This document shows positions 53,808 through 63,694 of a stretch of DNA of 64,000 nt, piece by piece (the first letter of the stretch is position 1; each line of letters opens with the position of its first letter). The notes beneath the pieces are model-generated. The model was given only the letters and a program-made list of their open reading frames with translations, had not been told where the DNA came from and did not search any database. The position numbers and the translations under genes are program-made. This stretch comes from Candidatus Hydrogenedentota bacterium (lineage in GTDB: Bacteria > Hydrogenedentota > Hydrogenedentia > Hydrogenedentales > SLHB01), in NCBI GenBank assembly GCA_963674865.2, contig CAXXYE010000011.1:224001-288000 (forward strand), given 5' to 3'.

Positions 53808-55289
53808 ATGAGAACCGTGTCCAAGACAACCTTGATCGTGGCCATGATGGCGGCAACGCTAGCGTTTCTGTGTGTCGCTTCGGCTCGTGCCCAGGAGCGT
53901 GAAGATGTATTAGCCGCCATGAAGAAGGCCACCGCCTTCATGATGGATACCGTCTCAACCCACGGCGGCTTCCTCGACAAATACACGGAGGATTTGTCTG
54001 ATCAATGGGGCGAAGTGCCTGCACGCGACACGATGATCTGGGTGCAAGATCCCGGCACCGTCACCGTCGGCAACATGTTGCTAGACGCGTACAAGGCTAC
54101 CGGCGATCCCGCCTTCCTCGACGCCTCGAAGCGTGCCGCCAACGCCCTCATCTGGGGGCAGCATCCCTCCGGAGGATGGCACTACTTCATCGATTTCGAC
54201 CCGGCCGGCACGCAGCAATGGTATGACGAAGTCGGATCCAAAGCGTGGGGATGGGAGGAGTTCTACCACTACTACGGCAACTGCACCTTTGATGACGACA
54301 CCACCACCGCCGCGGCCGATTTCCTCCTCGATCTCTACACAACGACCCTCGAGCCCCAGTACCGTGCCCCTTTGCTAAAAGCCCTTGATTTCATTCTCGA
54401 CTCACAGTATCCCGAAGGGGGATGGCCTCAACGCTATCCGCTGCGCTACGAGCACGTAGTCGAGGAGCGGCCCGACTACACCTCCTTCTTTACCTTCAAC
54501 GACGGTGTTATCGCCAACAACATCTATTTCCTCCTCAAAGCGTATCGACGCCTGGGCGACGAGGCGTACAAGCGGGCCGCCATGCGCGGCATGTACTTCG
54601 TTGTGATCTCCCAGCTCGGAACGCCCCAGGCCGGCTGGGCGCAGCAATACGACATGGATCTTCAGCCCGGTGCGGCAAGGAATTTCGAGCCAAAGTCCCT
54701 TTCTCCCAGCACGACCGTCTCCAACATCCACGACCTCATGCGCTTCTACAAGATCACCGGCGATCGCCGCTTTCTACGCGGCATTCCCGACGCCATTACC
54801 TGGCTCGAGAATTCCTATCTTCCCCCGGGACACTCCGACGAGGGCCACACCCACGCCCAATTCGTCGAACTCGGCACTAACCGGCCCCTCTACGCGCACC
54901 GTGAGGGCACAAGCATCGACGACGGGCGCTACTGGGTGGACTACGAGCCCGGAAACTTCCCCGGCCACTACGGCATGCAGGGCCGCATCGATGTCCCCGC
55001 GCTCAAGAAGGAGTATGAGCGCGTCTATGCTCTATCCCCGGAGGAGGCCATGGCCCAATACCGCGCCGGGCAAGACGCCGAGGCGCCCATCTCAAGCGTA
55101 ACTGCGGAGACGGCCCAATCGCTCATTGATTCGATGGACGCGCGCGGCGCCTGGATCGAGGATCTCAAGGCCAAGGACCACACCGACTGGAAGAACAAGC
55201 CGCAACGCGCCTTCCGCGGTATCAGCACCCGTACCTACGTGCGGAACATGTACGCCCTCATGAACTACATCCGCGCCCTCGACAACTAG
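53808..55289 (+). CDS. Secreted pectate lyase, PelA/PL10-like
   Basis: Signal peptide, TFDDDTT, SQYPEGGWPQRYP, TFNDGV, AGWAQQY, ARNFEP. Confidence 0.85.
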   Translation: MRTVSKTTLIVAMMAATLAFLCVASARAQEREDVLAAMKKATAFMMDTVSTHGGFLDKYTEDLSDQWGEVPARDTMIWVQDPGTVTVGNMLLDAYKATGDPAFLDASKRAANALIWGQHPSGGWHYFIDFDPAGTQQWYDEVGSKAWGWEEFYHYYGNCTFDDDTTTAAADFLLDLYTTTLEPQYRAPLLKALDFILDSQYPEGGWPQRYPLRYEHVVEERPDYTSFFTFNDGVIANNIYFLLKAYRRLGDEAYKRAAMRGMYFVVISQLGTPQAGWAQQYDMDLQPGAARNFEPKSLSPSTTVSNIHDLMRFYKITGDRRFLRGIPDAITWLENSYLPPGHSDEGHTHAQFVELGTNRPLYAHREGTSIDDGRYWVDYEPGNFPGHYGMQGRIDVPALKKEYERVYALSPEEAMAQYRAGQDAEAPISSVTAETAQSLIDSMDARGAWIEDLKAKDHTDWKNKPQRAFRGISTRTYVRNMYALMNYIRALDN

Positions 55290-55297
55290 TCCGCGGC

Positions 55298-56752
55298 TCA
55301 GACAAGGCGGCGCTCTTTACCGGCCCCATCGACAAGCCGGAGCGGCTGAGGGAGTGACGTGGGGAGTCTCGGCTCAATCGCGGTGGCCTGCGCCGCCCGT
55401 GAGCTCCGGAGTTGCTTCATCGCCCCCTGCACATAGCCGGGCGCCTTGCTCGCCGCAAGCCAGAGGGCCAGGCACAGACTGCCCGCCAGAAATGCATTTC
55501 GCCACACATTGGCGCGGCGATCTCCCATGAGCGAGCGCTTGTTGATCAGGTAGATCATGATGATGATCGCCATGGGCACGATGACGATGTTGAGCCCCAT
55601 CAGCAGGACCATCTTCAGCAAGGGCGGGAACTTCCAGAACGTCGACAACACCGCCGGCACGCCTACCCAGAACACCAGCAGCCACCGGAACTTCGAGTTC
55701 TCCCTCGTGTAGTGCCAGTCCTGACGGAAGGCATCCAGGCAGAAGTAGCACATGAGCTGCGATACCACCACCAGTGTGTTCAGGCCGCACGTGAACAGGC
55801 CGACGGCGAAGACCTTCGGCGCCAACACGCTCAGGGCGGCCGGGAAGGCCCGTGTGAGCACCTTGCCCGCCTCGTGAACCGTCTGGATGCTCGCGTGGTT
55901 AGGCAGCGTGTGCAGCGCGAACCCGCCTGCGACAAGGACGAATGTCGAGTACAGCCCGAACATCAGTCCTAGCGTGAACACGGATTTCCAGAAATACCGC
56001 GGCATGTCCTCGGGGCGTGCCTTGTCATCCGACGTGAAGTACGAAAAGCTGAGGATGGGCGCCGCGGCCAGCCCGCCCCCCGCGATGGCGACGATAGACG
56101 AGTACGTCTGGCGCTTTACTTCCGTGCCCGCTACCGCCAGATCCTCCGGGATACTCGGGATGAGGCCCATCGCGATGGCCCCCATATCCTTCAGGCCGCG
56201 CAGGGCGACGACGAAGAAGCAGATGAACACGAAGAACAGCAGGCCCGTCATCACCTTCTGCACACGCTTGTAATTGCCGGTGAGGAGTACCGAAAGCACC
56301 GCCGCCGCGAACACCAGCGAGAGCACCGCCTGGGCCGTCGTATAGCCTGAAGCCGCTGTGCCTTCCGGAGGATAATGGCCGAAAATCGACAGAAATGATG
56401 CGCTCATCACCGAAAACATGCCCATATTCACGAATACGTTGAAAAGCACCATCACCACCAGGACAAACCACGTCACGGCGGGATGAATCTCGTCCCGTAT
56501 CACCGCCAGCATGCCTTTCCCGCCCGACATGATGCCGACGCGCGCCCCCGAATCCAGGCATACTACGATGGCCGGCAGCGAGATCATCGCTATCCAAAGC
56601 AGATCATAGCGAAACCAAGCCCCCGCCAAAACCAGCGAAGTGGTCGATCCGGGCCCCATGATCCCCGCCGTCATTATGGCCGCCGGGCCGACAATCGCGG
56701 CAATCGGCGCCAACCAAGGCGGCAACTTGCTCCGTCGATGCTCTTCTGACAC
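55298..56752 (-). CDS. NRAMP-family (Nramp-related) transporter
   Basis: ~11 TM, GPAAIMTAGIMGPGS..AGAWFRYDLLW, NKRSLMG. Confidence 0.75.
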   Translation of the reverse strand: MSEEHRRSKLPPWLAPIAAIVGPAAIMTAGIMGPGSTTSLVLAGAWFRYDLLWIAMISLPAIVVCLDSGARVGIMSGGKGMLAVIRDEIHPAVTWFVLVVMVLFNVFVNMGMFSVMSASFLSIFGHYPPEGTAASGYTTAQAVLSLVFAAAVLSVLLTGNYKRVQKVMTGLLFFVFICFFVVALRGLKDMGAIAMGLIPSIPEDLAVAGTEVKRQTYSSIVAIAGGGLAAAPILSFSYFTSDDKARPEDMPRYFWKSVFTLGLMFGLYSTFVLVAGGFALHTLPNHASIQTVHEAGKVLTRAFPAALSVLAPKVFAVGLFTCGLNTLVVVSQLMCYFCLDAFRQDWHYTRENSKFRWLLVFWVGVPAVLSTFWKFPPLLKMVLLMGLNIVIVPMAIIIMIYLINKRSLMGDRRANVWRNAFLAGSLCLALWLAASKAPGYVQGAMKQLRSSRAAQATAIEPRLPTSLPQPLRLVDGAGKERRLV

Positions 56753-56928
56753 GTCCGTGACTCCTTCCGTCCTCCCGGCTTACGTGTATCCCTCGACCCC
56801 TGCCGCGCATTCTAGCACGAAAACGCCGCTTCTAAGGAAGAACGGGGGGTATTGTTAGATATCGAATGGGGAGGAGTACACCGCCCTTGCAGTTGCTCGA
56901 ACGCGAAGAGAGTCCCGGAGCCGATGTG

Positions 56929-58215
56929 TCAGTTGAGTTCCTGCAAGCCTTGTAGGCTGGCTTCGAGGTCGTAAACCGTCACGGACGACTCTCTGGTTAC
57001 ACACGCCAAACGCCGCCCGTCCGGAGAGACATACGGCGTCTCAGACGTCCACGCCCCACCCAGCCGCCCCATAACGCGCTTCGGCCCCAACGACACACAC
57101 CAGTAGTCGGCCTGCTCGCCGTCCGTAGTTCGCACGCACGCAAAACACCACATACCGTCGGTGCTGAACGTCCCGACGGTGCAGTAACGAAGCGGCGTGT
57201 CATATAGCGGCCCGAGCAGTGCCTTCAGATCAACCAGGAGGGTGCAACGGCCTGAGTCCAGTTGGCAATCCCAGATCTCCCAGCGTTTTTCCCTTCCATT
57301 TGGCCCGCTGTCCTCGACTTCATAGCGCACGATGCCGCCACGCTCGGCGTACGCCCCGAAGGCGGTGAAACTGTCCGGCAACTCCGCCAGCACCCTCGGG
57401 CTCGCCCCCTTTTCAAGAGGGTGAAACGTCAATTCATCGCATCTTTGGCCGGCGACGTGAATGCCCAGGATGGAGCGGCTCTCATTACGGTACGTCTTGT
57501 AGACGAGAGCCGTATCATCATAACTCCATTGCGGCAGTGTGAAAGAGCTGCGCCCGGCCGCGATAACGTCAATAGTGTTGTCGGGATGAATCAGCAGCGT
57601 CTTCCGCGATTCCATGAACTCCCGCAGCGCGTCCGGATCCGGCCACATCCCGAGTTCTTCCCTCGGTTCAACAGTAACAAGGAGTTCCTTGCCGCTTGGC
57701 GAGTATTGCGCCCAGTTCGGATATCCGCCCAGATCTCTCGGCCCGAGCGTTCGGATGACGCTGAGGTCGGCGTCGTCGATTTCCATCAGCAGCTCGGCAT
57801 AGGTGGGCAACTTAGTCAAGGGAATGCGCCCGGATTTCACATAGGTGCCGATAAGGAGGCGGCGTCCCTGGGGATCCCAAGTTGTGGATGTATAGTGAAC
57901 CTTTGCGTCTATCGGCAGCTTCTGGCAGGTATGTTCTGCTACCGTGAGGATCGTCAGCAGTGTCTCCGGGCCTTCCGTGGTGAACCACGCGAGCCGCTGG
58001 CCGTTGGGGGACCAGAAGACGGCAAGGCCATCCCGAGGGGCCCCCGTTACGCTAATCGAACAGATCTTCTGCAGACTACGCACGTCTCGCCGTTCCCAGT
58101 GTGACGCCTCGGACGCGAATCCCGGGGTGCGTCCGCACTGGCCGCAAGAAGCAACAATCCAAACCGGCAGTGTCAAGAAGGCGAGTCTTCTGGCCATTAT
58201 CATGGCGGCTCCCAT
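56929..58215 (-). CDS. TolB/WD40-like beta-propeller lipoprotein
   Basis: Lipobox-like VAS|C, WSPNGQRLAW, WDPQGRRL, YSPSGKEL, SPDGRRLA. Start uncertain (58215-58194). Confidence 0.65.
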   Translation of the reverse strand: MGAAMIMARRLAFLTLPVWIVASCGQCGRTPGFASEASHWERRDVRSLQKICSISVTGAPRDGLAVFWSPNGQRLAWFTTEGPETLLTILTVAEHTCQKLPIDAKVHYTSTTWDPQGRRLLIGTYVKSGRIPLTKLPTYAELLMEIDDADLSVIRTLGPRDLGGYPNWAQYSPSGKELLVTVEPREELGMWPDPDALREFMESRKTLLIHPDNTIDVIAAGRSSFTLPQWSYDDTALVYKTYRNESRSILGIHVAGQRCDELTFHPLEKGASPRVLAELPDSFTAFGAYAERGGIVRYEVEDSGPNGREKRWEIWDCQLDSGRCTLLVDLKALLGPLYDTPLRYCTVGTFSTDGMWCFACVRTTDGEQADYWCVSLGPKRVMGRLGGAWTSETPYVSPDGRRLACVTRESSVTVYDLEASLQGLQELN

Positions 58216-58380
58216 CCTGTGTCCCCAATAACCGAGGTCTCATATCTGTCTACAGCCAACCCCGTGGGACTATTCGCTGGCTTGGAGAACGCTAGAGCAC
58301 CCGACGTTGCCTCCTGAGGGCCCACGCCACCCGCAGTCGGAGCCGGGCGTATAGATGGAAAGATGGGGGAGATGCTCCCC

Positions 58381-59031
58381 CTAATCCGGCCAGCCATCTT
58401 CACCGATGAGAGGCACGAATACGCACCCGATGCCGTGCTCCTCCTCGAAGCCTCTATCCGTTCGGATGATCCTCTCGAGCCGCTGGATATCGCGCGCTCC
58501 AGAAGGGCAGACGAGGCGGCCCCCGACCTTGAGTTGCTCCTCCAGGGCACGCGGAACGTGCGGCGCCGCCGCCGTTACGATCACGGCGTCATACGGCGCG
58601 TACTCCGGACAGCCGAGCGTACCGTCTCCCACCACGACAGTGACGTTACCGTAGCCCAGTTCTGCGAGAAGGGCTCTCGCGCGCTGCGCAAGGGCCTCGT
58701 GCCGCTCGATGGTGATGACCTCGGCCGCCAGCGTCGCCAGAATCGCCGCTTGGTAGGCCGAGCCCGTGCCGATCTCCAAGACCCGATCCGTGGGCGCCAA
58801 TTCGAGCAGCGCCGTCATGAAAGCGACCATATAAGGCTGCGAGATCGTCTGGCCGCAGCCGATATCCAGAGGATGATCCTCGTAAGCGCTGGCTTCGTCT
58901 TTCTCGGGGACGAACCGGTGCCGCGGCACCGTACGCATCGCGTCGAGTACGCGCTCATTCGAGACGCCCCGCGCCTCGATCTGCGTCCTGACCATCCGAT
59001 GCCGCCTCTCGGTGAATCGGCCGGATGTCAT
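58381..59031 (-). CDS. pcm: Protein-L-isoaspartate O-methyltransferase
   Basis: VPRHRFV, GQTISQPYMV, VLEIGTGSAYQAA, GDGTLG..APYD, FVPL. Confidence 0.95.
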   Translation of the reverse strand: MTSGRFTERRHRMVRTQIEARGVSNERVLDAMRTVPRHRFVPEKDEASAYEDHPLDIGCGQTISQPYMVAFMTALLELAPTDRVLEIGTGSAYQAAILATLAAEVITIERHEALAQRARALLAELGYGNVTVVVGDGTLGCPEYAPYDAVIVTAAAPHVPRALEEQLKVGGRLVCPSGARDIQRLERIIRTDRGFEEEHGIGCVFVPLIGEDGWPD

Positions 59032-59051
59032 GGCGTCCCGCTCCTGTCCCG

Positions 59052-59357
59052 CTACTCGCCGTAAACCTGTTGAGTGACGAAGTTGAGTAGGATGGTTAGG
59101 GATACGAGTTTCACGACCCAAACCGCGAAAAGCGCCGCAATAGGGGCGAAGTCGAAGGGCCCCATGGGAGGGAGGATGCGGCGCGCAAGACGGATAAGGG
59201 GATCCGTGGCCCGGCCGATCCAGCGAAGCCGCCCCGCGCGAACGTCAATATCGATCCATGAGCCGAGCCAGTTCAGCAGGATCAGCAGCATGTACAGGGA
59301 AAGCGCGCTCCCGACGAGGCGGATCACGATGTCTGGGACTTGCATGAAAAAGGACAC
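59052..59357 (-). CDS. YggT family membrane protein
   Basis: LGSW...ATDPLIRLARRILPPMGPFDFAPI. Start may be 59345. Confidence 0.85.
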   Translation of the reverse strand: MSFFMQVPDIVIRLVGSALSLYMLLILLNWLGSWIDIDVRAGRLRWIGRATDPLIRLARRILPPMGPFDFAPIAALFAVWVVKLVSLTILLNFVTQQVYGE

Positions 59358-59899
59358 TCCTGCACGCAGGTGTAAATCGGCCCGTGCGGCGTCAACTGAC
59401 TTGAGAATAGTGACATACCCCGAGCGTGGAATTCACCCCCATCAAAGTTGGCTTCGCTACGCAAGCACTCCATCAGCGGCTCCGCATCGCGGGCGTCTCG
59501 AATCCGCGCCAAGGTGACATGCGGATGGAATGGCTTCCTGTCCGGGTGTAGTCCAATGGCCTCCGCCGCCTCCTCGGCCACTGCGTGTGCGCCTTTCAGG
59601 CCACCCTCCAGCGGCCCTATCCCGGCCCACATCACGCTCGGGCGGCGGAGGTTGGGGAATGCTCCCACGCCCGAAACATGAAGGCGGAATGCGTCCAGGC
59701 CGGCCGCCCCCTTAAGCAAGTGCTCGCCCACGCGCCCTGCGGCCTCGTCCGAAATGTCGCCCAAGAACCTGAGCGTGAGGTGCATGCGATCGGGCCTCGT
59801 CCACGAAGCCCGGACGCCGCACCGCCGCAGGCGATCGTTCAGCACGCCCATGCCCTCGCGGATCGCTTCCGGCAGTTCAATGGCCACAAAAGCCCTCAT
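59324..59899 (-). CDS. thpR: RNA 2',3'-cyclic phosphodiesterase (2H family)
   Basis: MRAFVAI, HLTLRFLG, FHPHVTLAR (two HxT motifs), GPIYT. Confidence 0.93.
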   Translation of the reverse strand: MRAFVAIELPEAIREGMGVLNDRLRRCGVRASWTRPDRMHLTLRFLGDISDEAAGRVGEHLLKGAAGLDAFRLHVSGVGAFPNLRRPSVMWAGIGPLEGGLKGAHAVAEEAAEAIGLHPDRKPFHPHVTLARIRDARDAEPLMECLRSEANFDGGEFHARGMSLFSSQLTPHGPIYTCVQECPFSCKSQTS

Positions 59900-59922
59900 C
59901 TGAGCTCCTCAAGAAGAAGCGG

Positions 59923-59976
59923 AAAACGGGGACTGACACAAGCGGAGCGAAGCGAAGACGTGTCTGTCCCTGCTTT
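59923..59976. repeat. REP-like intergenic palindrome
   Basis: gggactgacac (59929-59939) / gtgtctgtccc (59960-59970), 1 mismatch, flanked by aaaa/tttt, around a gcggagcgaagcgaag core. Confidence 0.55.
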
Positions 59977-60016
59977 TAGCGGCAAAGATGACGCACGATT
60001 GGCGAGAGTCATGCCA

Positions 60017-60694
60017 CTATCCCCGTCGCATCAGTTGCGCCCAAGCTGCGTCGTCGGCGCACGCCGGCGGGATGCCGATGTCCGCCACGACCAAGCGGCC
60101 TAGGTACGCCGCTGCGGACGGATTCTCGAAGCCACGCTTCGCGAACTGGAACGTCACTGTTGTCTCGGCGCGGACGCAGCAGCCGCATGGCTCGCCCGTA
60201 TCCGTGTCCAAACCTGACGGCAAGTCCACGGCCACGGTGCGTACCGCCGGCCAATGCTCGATGGCTGTACGCACAATGCCCCGGACCTCGCCCCGGACGC
60301 CCGTCCCAAGCACCGCGTCCACGAGTACTGCGCAGTCGGCCAGGCCGCCGAGTTCCGTTATCACCGCGGCGTCGTCCTGAGCGACTCTGATCACCCCGCC
60401 CACGCGTTGATACGCGCGCAGGAACACCGCCGCATCGCCCACAATGCTCCCCGGCTCCGCCAGCACCACCACACGCGTGTCGAATCCCGCGAGCAACGCC
60501 AGACGCGCCACCACGAAGCCGTCCCCGCCGTTATTTCCCTTCCCGCAGACGACTCCTACCGGGCCGCCGTCAATCTCACGAAACACCGCCGTTCCGGCGT
60601 TATTCATCAGCACGGCCCCGGGGATGCCAATCTCCTCGATGCACCGCCGATCCGCCTCACGCATCTCCGCCGCCGTAAGTGTTCTCATGCCCAT
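60017..60694 (-). CDS. nnrE: NAD(P)H-hydrate epimerase (stand-alone YjeF N domain)
   Basis: MREADR, LMNNAG, CGKGNNGGDG, VDAVLGTG, AVDLPSG, DIGIP. Confidence 0.92.
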   Translation of the reverse strand: MGMRTLTAAEMREADRRCIEEIGIPGAVLMNNAGTAVFREIDGGPVGVVCGKGNNGGDGFVVARLALLAGFDTRVVVLAEPGSIVGDAAVFLRAYQRVGGVIRVAQDDAAVITELGGLADCAVLVDAVLGTGVRGEVRGIVRTAIEHWPAVRTVAVDLPSGLDTDTGEPCGCCVRAETTVTFQFAKRGFENPSAAAYLGRLVVADIGIPPACADDAAWAQLMRRG

Positions 60695-60826
60695 CTCACT
60701 AAGCTCTCAGGATGTGATTTCGCTACAATCGTTCTACCATGTTGACTGGTTCCGGTTCCATTGTCGATCTGGCGCTTAGAGAGAGACTTTTGGCCAGAAC
60801 GGGGCCGCAGTCTCGCACGCTGCTGC

Positions 60827-62233
60827 TTAGCACGTCACCCTGACGCTGTACGTGATCGTCACTTCGCCATCCTTCGGCACCGGCACGCTGAACACGGCCG
60901 TCCGCGCGTCACGCTGCTCGTACTCGTGTGACGCGTCGAACACCCGCCAGTCGCCTATGAACGGCTCGACCACATCGACCACGATATCCGAATCCTTGTG
61001 ATTCCGCAGCGTGATCTCGTAATCCGACTCGTGCGTGTTAGGCGAAATACGCCGGTAGTTTTTCTGGACGCGATCCCCGATGACATCGAAGGCATTGCCC
61101 ATCCGTAACGTGACGTTCTCATCCTTGGGCGTATGCTCGATACGATCCTCGCCCGCGAATTGGAGCATGCCTTCGCTGTCTTCCTGGTAGATCCGCATGA
61201 CGCCCGCCGGCAGAGGAATGCCCAGGCCGTTCTGCTCCTCGTTCTCGAACTCGAGAAACACCCCGACGTGCTGCGCGAGCATCGGCGGCACCTGGGTGCT
61301 GTGAAAGTGCTCATGTCCCCGAAACTCGTACTTTTTCGCGCACTTCACCGCCGTTGCGTCGAGCAAGGCCAATTGCTTCGACTGGTTCTGTTTGATCGTC
61401 GTCCGCCGCGGCATGGTGTAGAGATGATACTCGGCAAAGGCCTCCTCTTCGGGAAGCTCTTGCTCAAGAGCATCGGCAAGAAAGTACTCGACAGCGCCGC
61501 TAGTACCCGCCGCGCGCTCCACAGTATTCACGTCCCCAGCCACGAGTTTCAGCTTGGCATTTGTGTACGTCGCGCCGGACTGGTTGTTCATGGTGACCCA
61601 TCCCGCCAAATCGAGCGTCCGCTCATCCCGCGCGAGCGTCACCACATAGTCCGCCTGCCAACTCACTCCGTTTGTCAGATACGTGGCCTCGAGCGTTTGT
61701 TGGCCCGTCTTGTTATCGATGAGCCAGATGAGCGAAGGTGTGGCGATCAGATCGTCAGGAATCTCCGGCAGCACGACATTTCCCGCGTGGCCGAGGTAGA
61801 TCTCATCGCCTACTTTGTAGATGGGCCCCTGATCAACGCTCAGTAACTCCGCCGCCACTTCGCCGAATCCAATCTCCTCGCTGAAGTTCACCAGTTTCAC
61901 CTGTTTTCCGACGTATTTCTCCATCAGCTTCGCCGGACTCATCAAGTCGTATTCGTAGTTCTGTTCGTATATGACGACGGATCCCGGTTTCGACAGCGAG
62001 CGTAGGCTCACCGTCTCCGGCCGGATCTGCTCTGCCACGTCCATGAACTTGAGATGCAGTTCCCCGGCGGGAAGGCTCACCTGACGCGTATCCCTCACCA
62101 ACGCCAATCCATTGTTGTACGCCGTCACCGCCACATCCGTCTGATCGCCCAGCGTTGTCTCGCTGACGGGCGTTTCTCCTAAGGCCGCCGCGCATAGCAG
62201 GGCCGCTGCCAAAATGACTGCTTGTATCCTCAT
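60827..62233 (-). CDS. DUF4139-domain secreted protein (paralog 3)
   Basis: Signal peptide, VTAYNNGLALVRD, EQNYEYDL, YLTNGVSWQADY, EYHLY, GIPLPAG, HTPKDE. Confidence 0.88.
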   Translation of the reverse strand: MRIQAVILAAALLCAAALGETPVSETTLGDQTDVAVTAYNNGLALVRDTRQVSLPAGELHLKFMDVAEQIRPETVSLRSLSKPGSVVIYEQNYEYDLMSPAKLMEKYVGKQVKLVNFSEEIGFGEVAAELLSVDQGPIYKVGDEIYLGHAGNVVLPEIPDDLIATPSLIWLIDNKTGQQTLEATYLTNGVSWQADYVVTLARDERTLDLAGWVTMNNQSGATYTNAKLKLVAGDVNTVERAAGTSGAVEYFLADALEQELPEEEAFAEYHLYTMPRRTTIKQNQSKQLALLDATAVKCAKKYEFRGHEHFHSTQVPPMLAQHVGVFLEFENEEQNGLGIPLPAGVMRIYQEDSEGMLQFAGEDRIEHTPKDENVTLRMGNAFDVIGDRVQKNYRRISPNTHESDYEITLRNHKDSDIVVDVVEPFIGDWRVFDASHEYEQRDARTAVFSVPVPKDGEVTITYSVRVTC

Positions 62234-62271
62234 CGTACATCTCCCACGACGGCGCAATGCCGCCACGCTGC

Positions 62272-63675
62272 TCAGTACGTCACCCTGACGCTGTACGTGA
62301 GCGTCACTTCCCCGTCCTTCGCCACCGGTACACTGAAGATTGCCGTCCGCGCGTCCCGCTGCTCGAACTTCTGCGACGCGTCGAATACCCGCCAATCCCC
62401 CGAGAACGGCTCGACCACGTCGACCACAATGTCCGAATCCTTGTGATTCCTCAGCGTGATCTCATAGTCTGACTCGTGCGTGTTGCTCGAGATGCGCCGG
62501 TAGTCCTTCTGGACGCGATCCCCGATGACGTCGAAGGCGCTGCCCATCCGCAGCGTCACCTTCTCATCCTTCGGCGTGTGTTCGATACGATCCTCGCCCG
62601 CGAACTGGAGCATTCCCTCGCTGTCTTCCTGATAGATCCGCATGACGCCCGCCGGCAGGGGAATGCCCAGGGCGTTTTCCTCTTCATTCTGGAATTCAAG
62701 GAACACCCCGACGTGCTGCTCGAGCATCGGCGGCATGGCGTTGCTGTAGAAGTGTTCCTGGCCCCGGAACTCGTATTTTTTCAAGCACTTAACGGCCGTC
62801 GCGTCGAGCAGGGCCAATTGCTTCGACTGGTTCTGTTTGATTGTTGTCCGCCGCGGCATGGTGTACAGGTGATACTCGGCAAACGCCTCCTCTCGTGGCA
62901 TGGGCGCCGCGGCCATCTCCGCCCGGAATAGGCCGCCCTTCCGTTCAGCCATTGGGCGGCTCGCCGTATGTACATCCCCGGCCACGAGTTTCAGCTTGGC
63001 GTTCGTATACGTCGTTCCGGACTGATTGTTCATGGTTACCCACCCGGCCAAGTCCAGCGATTGATCGCTCCGCGCGAGTGTCACCACGTAATCTGCCCGC
63101 CAACTCACCCCATTCGTCAGATACGTCGCTTCGAGCGTTTGCTGTCCTGTCCTGTTTCCGATAAGCCAGATGAGCGACGGCTTGGCGATTAGGTTCTCCG
63201 GAATCTCCGGCAGCACCACGTTGCCTGGATGGCCAAGGTAGATCTCATCGCCGACTTTGTAGATGGGCCCTTGATTCACACTGAGCAGTTCCGCCTCGAT
63301 CTCGCCGAAGCCAATCTCCTTGCTGAAATTCACCAGTCGCACCGGCTTCCCGACGTATTTCTCCATCAACTTCGACGGGCTCATCAGATCGTACTCGTAG
63401 TTCTGCTCCAGAATGACAACCGAACCAGGCTTTGATAGTGACCTCAGGCTCACCGTCTCCGGCCGGATCTTCTCGGCCACGTCCATGAATTTTAGATGCA
63501 GTTCGCCCGAGGGAAGGCCTATCTCGCGCGTGTCCCGCACCAGTGCCAGCCCGTTGTTGTACGCCGTCACCGCCACATCCGTCTGATCGCCTAGTGTCGT
63601 CTCGCTGACGGGAACTTCCGCCAGTGCCGCCGTGCTCGCCAGGATGGCCGCCAGAATCATCAATTGCGTCTTCAT
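62272..63675 (-). CDS. DUF4139-domain secreted protein (paralog 2)
   Basis: Same motifs as neighbour. AGGAGG RBS. Confidence 0.9.
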   Translation of the reverse strand: MKTQLMILAAILASTAALAEVPVSETTLGDQTDVAVTAYNNGLALVRDTREIGLPSGELHLKFMDVAEKIRPETVSLRSLSKPGSVVILEQNYEYDLMSPSKLMEKYVGKPVRLVNFSKEIGFGEIEAELLSVNQGPIYKVGDEIYLGHPGNVVLPEIPENLIAKPSLIWLIGNRTGQQTLEATYLTNGVSWRADYVVTLARSDQSLDLAGWVTMNNQSGTTYTNAKLKLVAGDVHTASRPMAERKGGLFRAEMAAAPMPREEAFAEYHLYTMPRRTTIKQNQSKQLALLDATAVKCLKKYEFRGQEHFYSNAMPPMLEQHVGVFLEFQNEEENALGIPLPAGVMRIYQEDSEGMLQFAGEDRIEHTPKDEKVTLRMGSAFDVIGDRVQKDYRRISSNTHESDYEITLRNHKDSDIVVDVVEPFSGDWRVFDASQKFEQRDARTAIFSVPVAKDGEVTLTYSVRVTY

Positions 63676-63694
63676 CGGATTCCTCCTGTTGTCA

